Shown here piece after piece: positions 30,567-41,229 of a stretch of 64,000 bases of DNA (its first letter is position 1; each line of letters begins with the position of its first letter). The stretch is from Syntrophorhabdaceae bacterium (GTDB lineage: Bacteria; Desulfobacterota; Syntrophorhabdia; Syntrophorhabdales; Syntrophorhabdaceae), in the NCBI GenBank assembly GCA_963666485.2, contig CAXXUO010000003.1, positions 160,001 through 224,000 on the forward strand, given 5' to 3'. Under the pieces are notes generated by a model. That model saw only the letters and a program-made list of their open reading frames with translations, had not been told where the DNA came from and did not search any database. A program made the position numbers and the translations under genes.

Positions 30567-31626
30567 ACAACGCCACTCGGTAGTCTTCCGTCTTACCCTT
30601 TGGTACGCCGGGGTGTTCACCGTCTGCCTCCTTGTAACCCTTGCCGTCTTTTATTTCATTGTTCTCTATGGTACGCACGGTATCAGCTACCATGCCCTTT
30701 CGGAGATCAGGGAAGCTTTCCGGCATTATTTTGGAGTTCCCCTCGCAATCATCATAGTCCTGTCAGGCGCTATCGGCTGGTTCATGGCAAGACGTGCCCT
30801 GTCAGGAGTTGAAGAAATGACCCGCGCCGCCGTGGACATTTCCAACGGCAATCTCGACAGAAGAGTTCCTGTGACAGGGCGCAACGACGAGATAGATCGT
30901 CTAGCGATCACCTTCAACGCGATGGTGGGGCACACCCAGGCCCTCATGGAACAAATGAAGGAAATTACCGAAAACATCGCCCATGATCTCAGGGGCCCGA
31001 TCGCACGGATGAGGGGCCTCGCAGAAATGGCATTGGCCGGCAAGCGGATGGATGAAGAGACCGTTTCCATGGCCGGCCTTATAATTGAGGAATGTGACCG
31101 TCTCCTTGACCTTATCAACACCATGCTCGATATTTCTGAGGCCGAGGCGGGGCTTATAAAGCTCGACATGGAAAAGACAGACGTTGCCGGGCTCGTTGCC
31201 GAACTTCGTGAGCTTTTTCTGCCTTCCGCTGAGGAAAAAGATATAGAGTTTGAGACGAACGGGGCGGACCAACCGGTCCTTATCTTCTGCGACCGCCGCA
31301 AACTCCAGCGGGTTTTTGCTAACATCCTCGACAACGCGCTCAAATACACCCCTCACGGGGGGTGTGTGACGATCTCGACCGTTCATACCGATAAAGATGT
31401 GACGGTCACTGTCGAGGACACGGGCGCCGGCATACCCGACGAAGACCTGCCCCATATCTTTGACCGTTTCTTCAGGGGGGAGAAAAGCCGGTCAACACCG
31501 GGCAACGGGCTTGGTTTAAGCCTTGTTCAGGTCTTTACTCTCGTTCACGGAGGGTCCGTTACAGCTGAGAGCTCGCCCGGCCACGGTTCGCGTTTCACCG
31601 TGATTCTGCCGCGAACGCACCTTTAG
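30499..31626 (+). CDS. HAMP sensor histidine kinase (start uncertain)
   Basis: Two TMs, HAMP, IAHDLRGP, NILDNALKY, GNGLGL. Confidence 0.88.
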   Translation: MVMIKNSSTRSGGPATYLKKLYEQRHSVVFRLTLWYAGVFTVCLLVTLAVFYFIVLYGTHGISYHALSEIREAFRHYFGVPLAIIIVLSGAIGWFMARRALSGVEEMTRAAVDISNGNLDRRVPVTGRNDEIDRLAITFNAMVGHTQALMEQMKEITENIAHDLRGPIARMRGLAEMALAGKRMDEETVSMAGLIIEECDRLLDLINTMLDISEAEAGLIKLDMEKTDVAGLVAELRELFLPSAEEKDIEFETNGADQPVLIFCDRRKLQRVFANILDNALKYTPHGGCVTISTVHTDKDVTVTVEDTGAGIPDEDLPHIFDRFFRGEKSRSTPGNGLGLSLVQVFTLVHGGSVTAESSPGHGSRFTVILPRTHL

Positions 31627-31656
31627 TCCGTTCACATCCGTCAAGGGCTTGCCTCA

Positions 31657-32079
31657 TCAGGGCTGACGGACGAGCTCCAATTCATACCCTGAGATTTGTT
31701 TTTGACCTGTCCGGCTGCAGATGAGCACGTCCGAAAACATCGATTGAAATTTCATCTCGTACTCGAATAGTGTCCTATTGCACGTGATGCGGATACGGTC
31801 CGCCGAAACATCGATGGTGCCTTCAAAACTTCCCGTGCGTTCGGGCAGATCGCAGTACCCCGAATATCTGCCGGCGGGAACCACGTACTGTCCCGAGATC
31901 CGGTTTGAAGTGAGCATGCCAACGAAGATGAGCGGCACGTCAGTCATTGCACCGGAATGGGTGCTTCCTAACGATTTGATGGTCACAAAGTCATCGCCGA
32001 CATTGTCGCCCCTCAACTGGAACCGCGAGCCTTCAAGGACCAGCTTGAATGTCTTGTCTTTGTTTGGCGTTGTCCATGG
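31657..32079 (-). pseudogene. 5'-truncated hypothetical protein
   Basis: Open frame WTTPNKDKTFKLVLEG...ELELVRQP with no credible start or RBS. Confidence 0.35.
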
Positions 32080-32487
32080 GGCTTAAAGCGTACCCCACTA
32101 TTATCAATGCAACCAGTTTAGCGTACCACGGTGTCCTCGGTGTCGTGAGCATAAGTAAAGCGCATGTGCTTCTTGTTTGAGCTTTCTAGTCCCTGTTTTC
32201 CATTTATTTACATCCATCGCGAATTTTTACCATAATTTAGCACCTGAATATTGGGAATTTGAAAGTAGAAATTCGCGCTGGTGACTTTTTTCGGTGGGGG
32301 GAAGGGGGTAGGGCAAGTATCGGGTCGGGTCGTTCCGTCGATTCTCGGGCATTCTAGAGGGCCTTTATGCGCGCCGCCATGGTTTGGACAGATTGACAAA
32401 ATGACAACTCTGAAAAACCGAAAAATAAGTAACCAGGCTTAATATTTCTGAAGCCTGGTGTCAAAGCAGAAAGGCGGAGATCACGTC

Positions 32488-33764
32488 GTGTACCTGACGA
32501 CAACCACCGTTTTCATTTTGTCACTCCCTACTTTGAAAAACGTCTGAACGAAAAAGGACACATACGTATTGATTATCAATCCGCCCAGCCGGTGGCCGTT
32601 TACGAAGTCGTTGAAGACTCTAGGCTACTGAAAACATTGGCTATTGGGACTACTCTTGATCTAGAAGTGGTTCACAAACTTGATGAACTGGGGTGGCCCA
32701 CAGTCGAGTCGTATTGGAAAAGCAATACGCTATACTCTGGACGGGGATATGATCTTTCCCCAAAACAGCCTCAGCATGACGCAACTTTCATGTGCAATCT
32801 GCCCGATTTCAGGCCGCCACCTGATGGTGGTGGGTTTGCAGTTGATGTATCATTGCTGCCCAGGTTCGATCATAAAACAGCGCATAAGCCAAGATGTGAG
32901 GAATTGTATACACCGCCGCTGCTCATCATACCGGAATCCCCCGGTGGTTCCCGATTTTCTCCCAAGTCATTGATAGTGCGGAAACAATCGACGGTCTTCA
33001 GAAAAAGCTATTACGGTTTTTCCACACATGGCAGCGAGGAGGGAGATTTAATAATAGCACTTCTTCATCTGATTACTCATGCAGATCTATTCAGTTATCA
33101 CGTTTTATTAACAAGTTCGAGAATGGGTGCAGAGCGAAGAACCTTCTTAAAAGAGAATCTTGAGAATTTCCCGTTCCCTCCTACGAGTATACTGTCGGCA
33201 AGGCAACGACGATACGCTCTAGAACTGTCTGGCCAACTCGAAGCCGGCCACAAACCATGGAATACAATCAACGATTTCATTTTTGATCTGTACGGCTTAG
33301 ATAGCTATGACCGTCAGGTTGTCAAAGATAGGCCTAGGGTAGCCGCACCGTTCAAGGAGGCGCGGGAACGGGCCAATAGTGTTCCGGCAAAAGAGGATCG
33401 TAACGCTTTTTATGGGGAACTTCAGCGATTGCTCGCCCCGTCCTTTGATATCACCGATGAAACAGTGTCAATCGATGAGGTTGAGATTTCGAAACTAGAC
33501 ATTTTGTCTCCTTGGTATTTCTTTACTATCGCTTCACGTTCCACGTCCCTGAGACTGACGAAAACGGCGCACAACAATGCATTTTCTCGAATTATCGAAC
33601 AAGCCAACAAAACAGGTTGCAGCAGAGTTGCCATCCACGGCAAGGGATTTCTCCTTGTGGGGATCATTGGCCAATATCGTTATTGGACACCAAGCCGCGC
33701 TCGTCTGTTTGTCATAGACATTCTCCGCCATCACCTTGATGCGTTCCCCATTAGGAGCAACTGA
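32488..33764 (+). pseudogene. C-terminal part of a large N6-DNA methyltransferase / type IIG-like protein
   Basis: Frame is open upstream of the listed GTG (VPDDNHRFHFVTP...RIDY); TRD-like tail (YHVLLTSS...LENFPFP...DFIFDLYGL); no MTase motifs present. Confidence 0.5.
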
Positions 33765-34449
33765 TGGCTGTAGGTTTCTTCACCCAGGGCATAGAATTCA
33801 CATTACCTCACCCACAAATCCCACCACGTACCATCCTGCTTCTCTGTAAAGTAATCCACAAGGCATGGCAGCTTCTTAAAGAGAATCCTCCCGACGATTT
33901 TGTTTTACAGTCGGCAGATGAAGATAGAATTACCCAAGTGATGGTGGAAATCATTGAAAACCGCCTGCGAAGACACGGTGAAGTTGATGGATTTGACTGT
34001 GGACGGTTTGGTAGGGTGAGCCGCGAACCTAAGATTACAAACTTTGACAAGAAACATCCCGATAAGATGCCCGACATATTTTTCGATCTAAAAAGGGATC
34101 AATATGCAGTCCTCAGTGATCAAGATGGACTTTTTGTGGAATGCAAGCCCGTTGATAATGGACACCCGATTCTATCTTGTTATTGCCAAAAGGGATTGGT
34201 ACGGTTTGTCAAAGGCGACTACGCCTGGGCCATGCAGGATGCTATGATGGTTGGCTATGTTACGGAGGATTATTCATTTGAAAAGCTCACATCTATCCTT
34301 GATGATAGACAAAAAAGTGTATTATTGAGGACAAGTAGCCATCGCAACACGCCGTTTACCTTTCAAACCACAAAAGAGAGTTCGAATGGCTGGAGAGTCA
34401 TGGCCAAGCATGCCCTATATCGATAACACACCTTTGGTTGCCACTGTAA
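33764..34449 (+). pseudogene. PD-(D/E)xK nuclease-like protein, frameshifted near 34345
   Basis: EDRIT...KMPDIFF...FVECK...GLVRFVKGDYAW; alternative frame continues HAVYLSNHKREFEW...ITHLWLPL-stop at 34449; TGATG overlap with the upstream gene. Confidence 0.55.
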
Positions 34450-34624
34450 TTTCCAGTCTGGAAACGATGCTTATAGGGACTTAGGTTTGTCCTATTTAGC
34501 GCAACCGCTTCCATAAATCCTATTCAAACTGTTAGAAAGGGGGCCTATCCAAATACAATAGTGCGAAATAGTGCCGATAGCTTCTTGAACCCTTTGATAG
34601 TCAATGGTTTACAGCCTATAAAGC

Positions 34625-34652
34625 TGGGTTCGATTCCCATGCACTTCCGCCA
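34625..34652 (+). other. 3' end of tRNA-Sec (selC) as an att-site relic
   Basis: TGGGTTCGATTCCCATGCACTTCCGCCA has 13 nt between T-loop and G discriminator (5+8, the tRNA-Sec geometry) and a CTTCC end. Confidence 0.8.
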
Positions 34653-34668
34653 TTTATTGTTGAAATCA

Positions 34669-34960
34669 TTAGGATTTGTTCTTGTGTTTTCCCGCTAATT
34701 CACGCTGAGATTTAAGGGAAACCACTTTGGGGGTTCTTTCGAGGATGGCCCTTCTCGCGGATGCCTCTATCTTCCCATAAGGCTTCACGCTGTCCAGTCG
34801 CGCCCAATCGCCGGCCATTTGAAGATCATATATGCTATATCCCTCTTCGTTGATTAGCTGAGAGGCGGTAGAATGTTTTGTCCCATGGTAAAGGTTTATA
34901 TCCTCGCCTACGGCCTTACAGGCGGTATGCCAGAGGGTGCTGAGAGTCTTGTGGGTAGAA
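34669..34960 (-). pseudogene. C-terminal fragment of a tyrosine recombinase
   Basis: LYHGTKHSTASQL...LQMAGDWARLDSVKPY (box II and catalytic Tyr); converges on the tRNA-Sec fragment. Confidence 0.7.
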
Positions 34961-35751
34961 AGCCTACAAAGTGGAACCACGGTTCCGGTTTCGGTTCCTG
35001 AACGTGTTATCCGACCCTTAACCAAAATCAAAGACCCCGAAGAACAAAAAGAGATCTACCAAAAGGCGGTCGAAACAGCACCGAGGGGGAGGGTAACAGC
35101 GATCTTCCAATCTTCGACCAATTGATTAAGAGTAAATTGGTCGCTGATTTCAAGGATGGAGCAAAAATTATATGGAGGTTCGTTTTTGCGTAGGGCTGGC
35201 TTTCCGTGAATAAAGGGGTAGGAGGGTGTCCAGGGGAAGATTCTTTTTTGATTGTCTAGGTATCGTTTAGGGATCCCCTCCCTTCTGAGATGCATGAAAG
35301 ATACGGCGTTGTGGATAACTTGTCTGCAATTTGCGGACATGCCTATTTTGGATACTGTACCCATTCCTAAGACGAAATATTATCATTTATGTGAACATGG
35401 TCGGGGTATGCGGGCCCCACGGGGAGTTCCTTTTCGTATTCAGAGGTATGGAGGGTGTCTGGAAGAAAAGAATTTTTCTTTCAACGGTCATTCGTATAGG
35501 TCCGCGACAACAGATTCTACTGGGAACGTTACGGCACGTATTGAGGAGTACTGCAAAGGGAAGTAAACGGGCATACACAAACTGAGTATCCGCTGATGCC
35601 GAGAATACGTCCCGATTCTCCTGGATGCTATTGTCCTTAAGAGGGTGGGAAGATGGAAGTGATTTCCAAAAAAATGGTCCAATTAAATGGGGCTCTAGCG
35701 CAGTTGTTGAAGACTTTGAATATACACAGATGAAAGCGTCAGGCAGAGCAA

Positions 35752-38700
35752 CTACGCGTCAAGCACCTTCCGAACCCTCAGAAGCAACTCGTTGACTGAA
35801 AGTGGTTTGGATATGAAATCGAAACTTCCGTCTTCAATCCCTTTATCAAGGACTATGTCTCGGGTGTATCCGCTGGTAAAGATCACCTTGATGCGAGGGT
35901 TCATTCCATGCATCTCTTCATAAGTCTCACGCCCGTTCTTTCTGGGCATTACGGAATCAAGGATGACGAGATCTATACCCGGGTGCTGTCTGAACTTCTC
36001 TATTGCGTCTTCACCATCAACCGATTCAATAGTCTTGTAGCCGTATCTGTCAAGCATATCCCGAATAAGAGTCCTCACAGGTTCATCGTCTTCAGCAATA
36101 AGGATTATCTCATTTCCCGTTACAACTGCAACCGATTCATCTTCTTTTTGATCTACCGCTGCATTGACCGAAGGAAGATAGATGCGGAAGGTGGTTCCAC
36201 GTCCTGGCTCGCTGTAGACGTTGACAAATCCGTTGTGCTGTTTGACTATACCGTAGACGGTGGCAAGACCGAGGCCCGTACCTTTTCCAGTTTCTTTGGT
36301 GGTAAAGAAAGGATCGAAAATCTTCTCAAGAATAGTTTCGTTCATCCCGACGCCCGTATCTGAGATACTTATCAGCACGTACCTCCCCGGATCTCCGTAT
36401 CCGTGCGCATCAACGAATCCTGAGTCGATATTGGCGATGGACGTTTCGATAACGATCATCCCGCCTTTCGGCATGGCGTCCCGCGCATTGGCCGCAAGAT
36501 TGAAGAGGACCTGGTCGATCTGTGACCTGTCTGCCATGACAATGGTATCTTCCCGGGTAAGGTTCATGCACAGTTCGATGTCTTCCGTCAGCAGCCTCTT
36601 GAGCAGTTTCTGCGTCGCCTCTATCGTCTCGTTTATGTTAAGAGAGACAAGGTCAACGGGCTGCTTCCTGCTGAACGTCAGCAGGTTCTGGGTAAGGTCA
36701 GCCGCTTTCTGGGAAGCGAGGATGATCTGGTCTACATATGGTTTCAGGGAACTGTCGCTCTTCGCTTTCATCTGTACGAGGGTGGCGTATCCCATGAGAG
36801 CGGTGAGGATATTATTGAAGTCATGTGCTATGCCGCCAGCCAGAGTCCCCACAGACTCCATCTTCTGGGCGTGGCGGAGACTTGACTCAAGATGCCTCAA
36901 TTGGGTAATGTCCTCGCAGGTTACCAGATAATCACGGGAAGCAATTAGAGAACTGCTAAAACTAACAATCTTCTGCGTTCCATCCTTGCAGGTGATGGTG
37001 AATATCCTCTTGTTCTGCGTTCCGGGCTTGATGTTTTCCACGTCTTCCGCCCAGACCGACATGACATTTCTCCTGTAGGACTCGTTCGGAAATGCTTTGC
37101 TGAACCACGTCTCGTTATCGGGGACATCGGACAGATAATAGCCGAAAAGTTCGGTGAACTTGTCATTGATATAGGTAATCTTCCCCTCGTCATTGACAAG
37201 AACCATCCCGAAGGGGGCACTGTCAGAAAGGGTCCGCAGCCTCTCCCTCTCTCTGGCGATCTCTTCCTGGGCCAGTCTGCGCTCGGTAATGTCCACACAG
37301 ATACCTTCGTAATAGAGGACTTTCCCGGATGAATCGAAGGCGGCCCGTGAATTGACTGAGACCCAGAATTTCGTATGGTCCTTACGGTATATCTGGGTCT
37401 CAAAATCAACTGCTGTCCCTTGTTTCCCTATTGTTTCTGTAAATCGTTCCCGTTCCTCGGGGTCCACGTAATGCTGTTGTTTGATATCGGTGATACTTGA
37501 GATCATCTCTTCGGGGGATTCATAGCCGCACATCTTTGCCATCGTAGGATTGACGTCGATGAACCGCCCTTCCGGCGCTGACTGGAAAATGCCTTCTACG
37601 GCATTCTCAAAGATATTCCTGTATTTTTGCTCGCTCTTAACCAGTGCGGCCTCTTTTTCCTTTATATCTGTGATATCATGTCCTTCCGCACTCAGGTAGA
37701 CGATCTCCCCTGTTTCGTTCCTTGACGGTCTGAGGGGAAAAATCAATCTGACGGATAACGCCGTCTCCACTGACATGGGTTGTTTCGAATCCTACAGACT
37801 TGCCCTTGGATACCTTTATTATGGCATCTCTCACTCTGTCCTGCTCCCTTCGTGAATGAGACCACCAGGGCGTTTCCCAGAACGGTTTTTCCGATCACGT
37901 CGGATTCGGTTTGCCCGACAAAATCAAGGGCTACCTTGTTCGCGATCACGACCCTGCCTTCAGTGTCCAGAAGCCCCATGAACTGAAAAGTCTGGTCAAA
38001 AACAGTGTTCAGCATCTCTTCGGAAGCGCGAAGCCGCATCTCAGCTCTCTTGCGTTCCGTAATGTCGCTCGCGCAACCCTGGAACCCGATGATCTTGCCG
38101 GCGTCATCCGTCAAGGGCACAGCGTTCGTAACATGCCAGCGGCATGAGCCGTCAGCATGGCAGAACACGGTATTCGATACCCGTTTGCCGCTCGCCCGTT
38201 TCAATCGTCGTCTTCAGGAAAGCTTCATACTTTTCAACATCTTCTGGATGGACGAACTGATGGAAGGACTTTCCGGCAGCCTCACGTGCAGGGTATCCGA
38301 TGAGCAGATCAAAGCTTGGTGAGACAAAAGTGAAGATTCCTTCGGGGGTAAGGGTATAGCGGACATCGTGGCTGTTCTCGACGAGCAAACGGTATTTCTC
38401 TTCACTGCTCCTGATATCCGCTTCCGTGGTTTTCTGCTCAATAAGCTTGCCCAGCCTTCGCGCTATGGCGTCAATGAGGTTTCTTTCTTCTTTCAGAAAT
38501 GGGTCCTCGGCGCATGTAAGCATATCCTCAAGATAGAATGTTTCAACGGCGCCGATAAGCTTTTCCCGGGATATGATACTGGCGGCAAGTTTGGAGGAGG
38601 TTTCCTTGAAGTTGTCTGTCCTGAATTCCTGGATTCCGTAGATGATACGGCTGCAGGCAACGTCGGAATGCTGCCGGGCCCCGGGGCAGGAGATTTACGA

Positions 38701-38929
38701 TACCTTGAAGGACCTCATCCAGGGTAATGCGAGGTTCATTAACAATGCTTGCTATCCCGTAAAGACAACTAAGTTCCTTTGCACGCTCACGGAGATCATG
38801 TTCCTGTTTTCGAATTGTTTCTTTCAGACCATTAATCTCGGCTTGCAGCGCCTCAACGTTAGCGGGCCCGTTTCGCGTGACCTCGGGTTCGCCGATGGGC
38901 CGACTTTCGGTTTCATTCTTATTGTTCAT
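35752..38929 (-). pseudogene. Multi-PAS hybrid histidine kinase split by about four +1 frameshifts
   Basis: ORFs 38543-38929, 38152-38523, 37743-38204 and 35752-37776 chain into GAF-like/PAS repeats, GGIAHDFNN, HATPase and REC. Confidence 0.85.
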
Positions 38930-39500
38930 ATGAACAGTCTCATATATTTATCGGCTATATGATGGAAAGTATATACCCTTTCATTGCTTTTTGCACAAGC
39001 TGGTTATATCGGGGGAGATTTCTGAAAATTCCGCCCACTTTTTTGAGAAGCATTTTTGTACGGGAAGGAGACGGAAACCGGGGGAAAGAGCCCCGGCTGG
39101 AAATAGGGTGGCACCAGAGGCCTCACCGGGAAAAAATGCTTTCTAACGTGAACCTTGGACCAATTGGTTAAGAGCCAACTGCCGGACAATTTTCTATTGA
39201 AAGACCAAAAATTGTTGACACTTTTGTTTTTACGGACACAGTTCTTTGAAAAGGGGTATAGGGGGGTCCGGAGTAAGGATTCCTTTTTTTGCCATGAAGG
39301 GATCATATCGGGGGTGACGGTATCGACGGCAGATAATTTTCGTTTATGTGAATACGGTTGGGATAAACGGTCCCCCGTGGGGTTCCATTTGGTTTTCAGG
39401 GGTGTAGGGGGGGGTCGGTATAAAAGAATTCTTTTGGATGGATGGGTTTTTGTTTTGATGGATACGGACAGCATGACTGGGGTTAAAGTCTACCCACCCT

Positions 39501-40145
39501 GTTGTTGGTGGCATCGCTTCAAACGATACCGTTACCGATATCGGGGTTATTATCGACGATCAAGGCGAACCTTGGTGGGTAGCGAAGGATGTGTGTGAGG
39601 TTCTTGAGCTAAAGAACCACAAAAAAGCCGTCACCGCCCTCGATAAAGATGAGGTAACTTTAACTTACCTCATAGACTCTATAGGAAGGAGGCAAGAAAC
39701 CCTTATCATCAACGAGCCTGGCCTTTATCGCCTTATCATGCGGAGTCGGAAAAAAGAGGCTCTTGAATTTCAACGGTGGGTTTTTCATGAGGTTTTGCCT
39801 CAGATCAGGAGAACGGGGCATTGGGGGTTTCCCCTTTTCCATCGTTTAAAACGATAGTATTTTTTTCGTCGGTATCGAGCCATGAAATAGTATCAAGGGT
39901 GTCAATCGGTTTGACCCCCTTCCATTGCTCTGGAACGTGGTTTGTCCTTGCGGATCTCTGTGCGATACTGGAGATAGGAAATCCCTCTGATGTTGCCAAA
40001 AGACCTGACCAGGATGACCTCGATACTGTCGAGGTCATAGACTCAATAGGGCGAAAACAAAGGGTAAATGCGGTAAATAAATTTGATGATGACGAAAAGG
40101 GTATAACTTCAAGTTACACCCTTGGCGGTGAACAAGATATGTTGG
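39501..40145. other. Mosaic of Bro-N (phage antirepressor) gene fragments, each centred on a DNA palindrome
   Basis: EPWWVAKDVCEVL...INEPGLYRLIMRSRK...FQRWV plus five shorter homologous pieces on both strands; palindromes centred at 39520, 39661, 39848, 39908, 40026 and 40110. Confidence 0.8.
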
Positions 40146-40159
40146 GCCAGCCATAGCGC

Positions 40160-40321
40160 TTAGTCTTCTTGGGGTTCCAGGTCGTTGATGAATCTCTCGA
40201 TCTCCGACTCTTTAAATAGCGTACGGCCCCCGAGCTTGACGTGTTTGATTTCGCCAGCCGACATGAGTCTATAAAGATTTGCTTTGGATATCTTTAATAA
40301 ACCCATCGTATCGTTTATCAA
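40160..40321 (-). CDS. Excisionase-like HTH_17 DNA-binding protein (53 aa; TTG start or 5'-truncated)
   Basis: LLKISKANLYRLMSAGEIKHVKLGGRTLFKESEIERFI. Confidence 0.72.
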   Translation of the reverse strand: MINDTMGLLKISKANLYRLMSAGEIKHVKLGGRTLFKESEIERFINDLEPQED

Positions 40322-40342
40322 GACATGGTCAGAGGAGACATC

Positions 40343-41026
40343 ATGGAAGGCAAGTTCATAGGCTATCTCAGGGTATCCACGACAAAGCAGGGAGATTCAG
40401 GGCTTGGTATTGAAGCACAACGTAAAGCAATGACCGATTACCTCAATGGGGGGAAGTGGAACCTCCTGAGGGAGTTTGTCGAGATTGAATCAGGCAAACG
40501 TGATGACAACAGACCAAAACTTAATGAGGCATTGCAGGCTTGCAAGAGGACTAAGGCAACTCTCTTGATAGCCAAGCTTGACCGACTCTCAAGGAATGTC
40601 ACCTTCATCTCATCCCTTATGGATTCCGACATTGAATTCGTAGCCTGTGATTTTCCCCATGCTAATAAGCTAACCGTCCATATATTGGCAGCAGTGGCGC
40701 AACATGAGCGTGAGATGATAAGCAAAAGAACGAAGGAAGCGTTGCAGGCAGCAAAGGCAAGGGGCGTTAAGCTTGGAAGCCCTGTAGGGTTGTCTGAGGA
40801 GGCTATAAAGAACGGTGTGCGGAAGTCTCGGGAGGTTAGGATAGCCAAGGCAAACGAGCACGCTGAAAGGATACATGGGATTATCAAAGGGTATCAGAGT
40901 GAAGGCCTGTCGCTACGTGCTGTTGCGCGGAAACTCACAGAGGAAGGCGAACTGACCCCAAGAGGGAAGGATTGCAAATGGACACCGACAACGGTCAAAA
41001 ACGTGTTGAAGAGAGTGGAGGAGTAA
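40343..41026 (+). CDS. Serine recombinase (resolvase/invertase family with C-terminal recombinase-type HTH)
   Basis: GYLRVST, IAKLDRLSRN, EREMISKRTK...ARGVKLG, WTPTTVKNVL; GAGGAG RBS. Confidence 0.92.
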   Translation: MEGKFIGYLRVSTTKQGDSGLGIEAQRKAMTDYLNGGKWNLLREFVEIESGKRDDNRPKLNEALQACKRTKATLLIAKLDRLSRNVTFISSLMDSDIEFVACDFPHANKLTVHILAAVAQHEREMISKRTKEALQAAKARGVKLGSPVGLSEEAIKNGVRKSREVRIAKANEHAERIHGIIKGYQSEGLSLRAVARKLTEEGELTPRGKDCKWTPTTVKNVLKRVEE

Positions 41027-41229
41027 AATAGGAGCTTTCCTTCTTTCGTGTGGGAGCAGGCATCTGTTTTTTTGTAATACTCTTGACAATACTTGCACTG
41101 CACTCGTATCATCATGTTACACAATAAAGATTTGGGAAGTGTTATTAGGGCACAATGTGGTTTGGAGGGTATCATAGGTGTCATCGATTTTGTGGCTCCT
41201 CAGTGATTCTTTAATCTTTGGTTTTTCGA

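Noticed and set aside
32290..32335. G-rich GGGGGAAGGGGGTAGGG stretch as a phage cos site or G-quadruplex
   Set aside because: No terminase or packaging genes nearby; sequence alone is insufficient.
39480..39500. Possible seventh Bro-N palindrome (GLKSTHP)
   Set aside because: Only three of ten positions pair.
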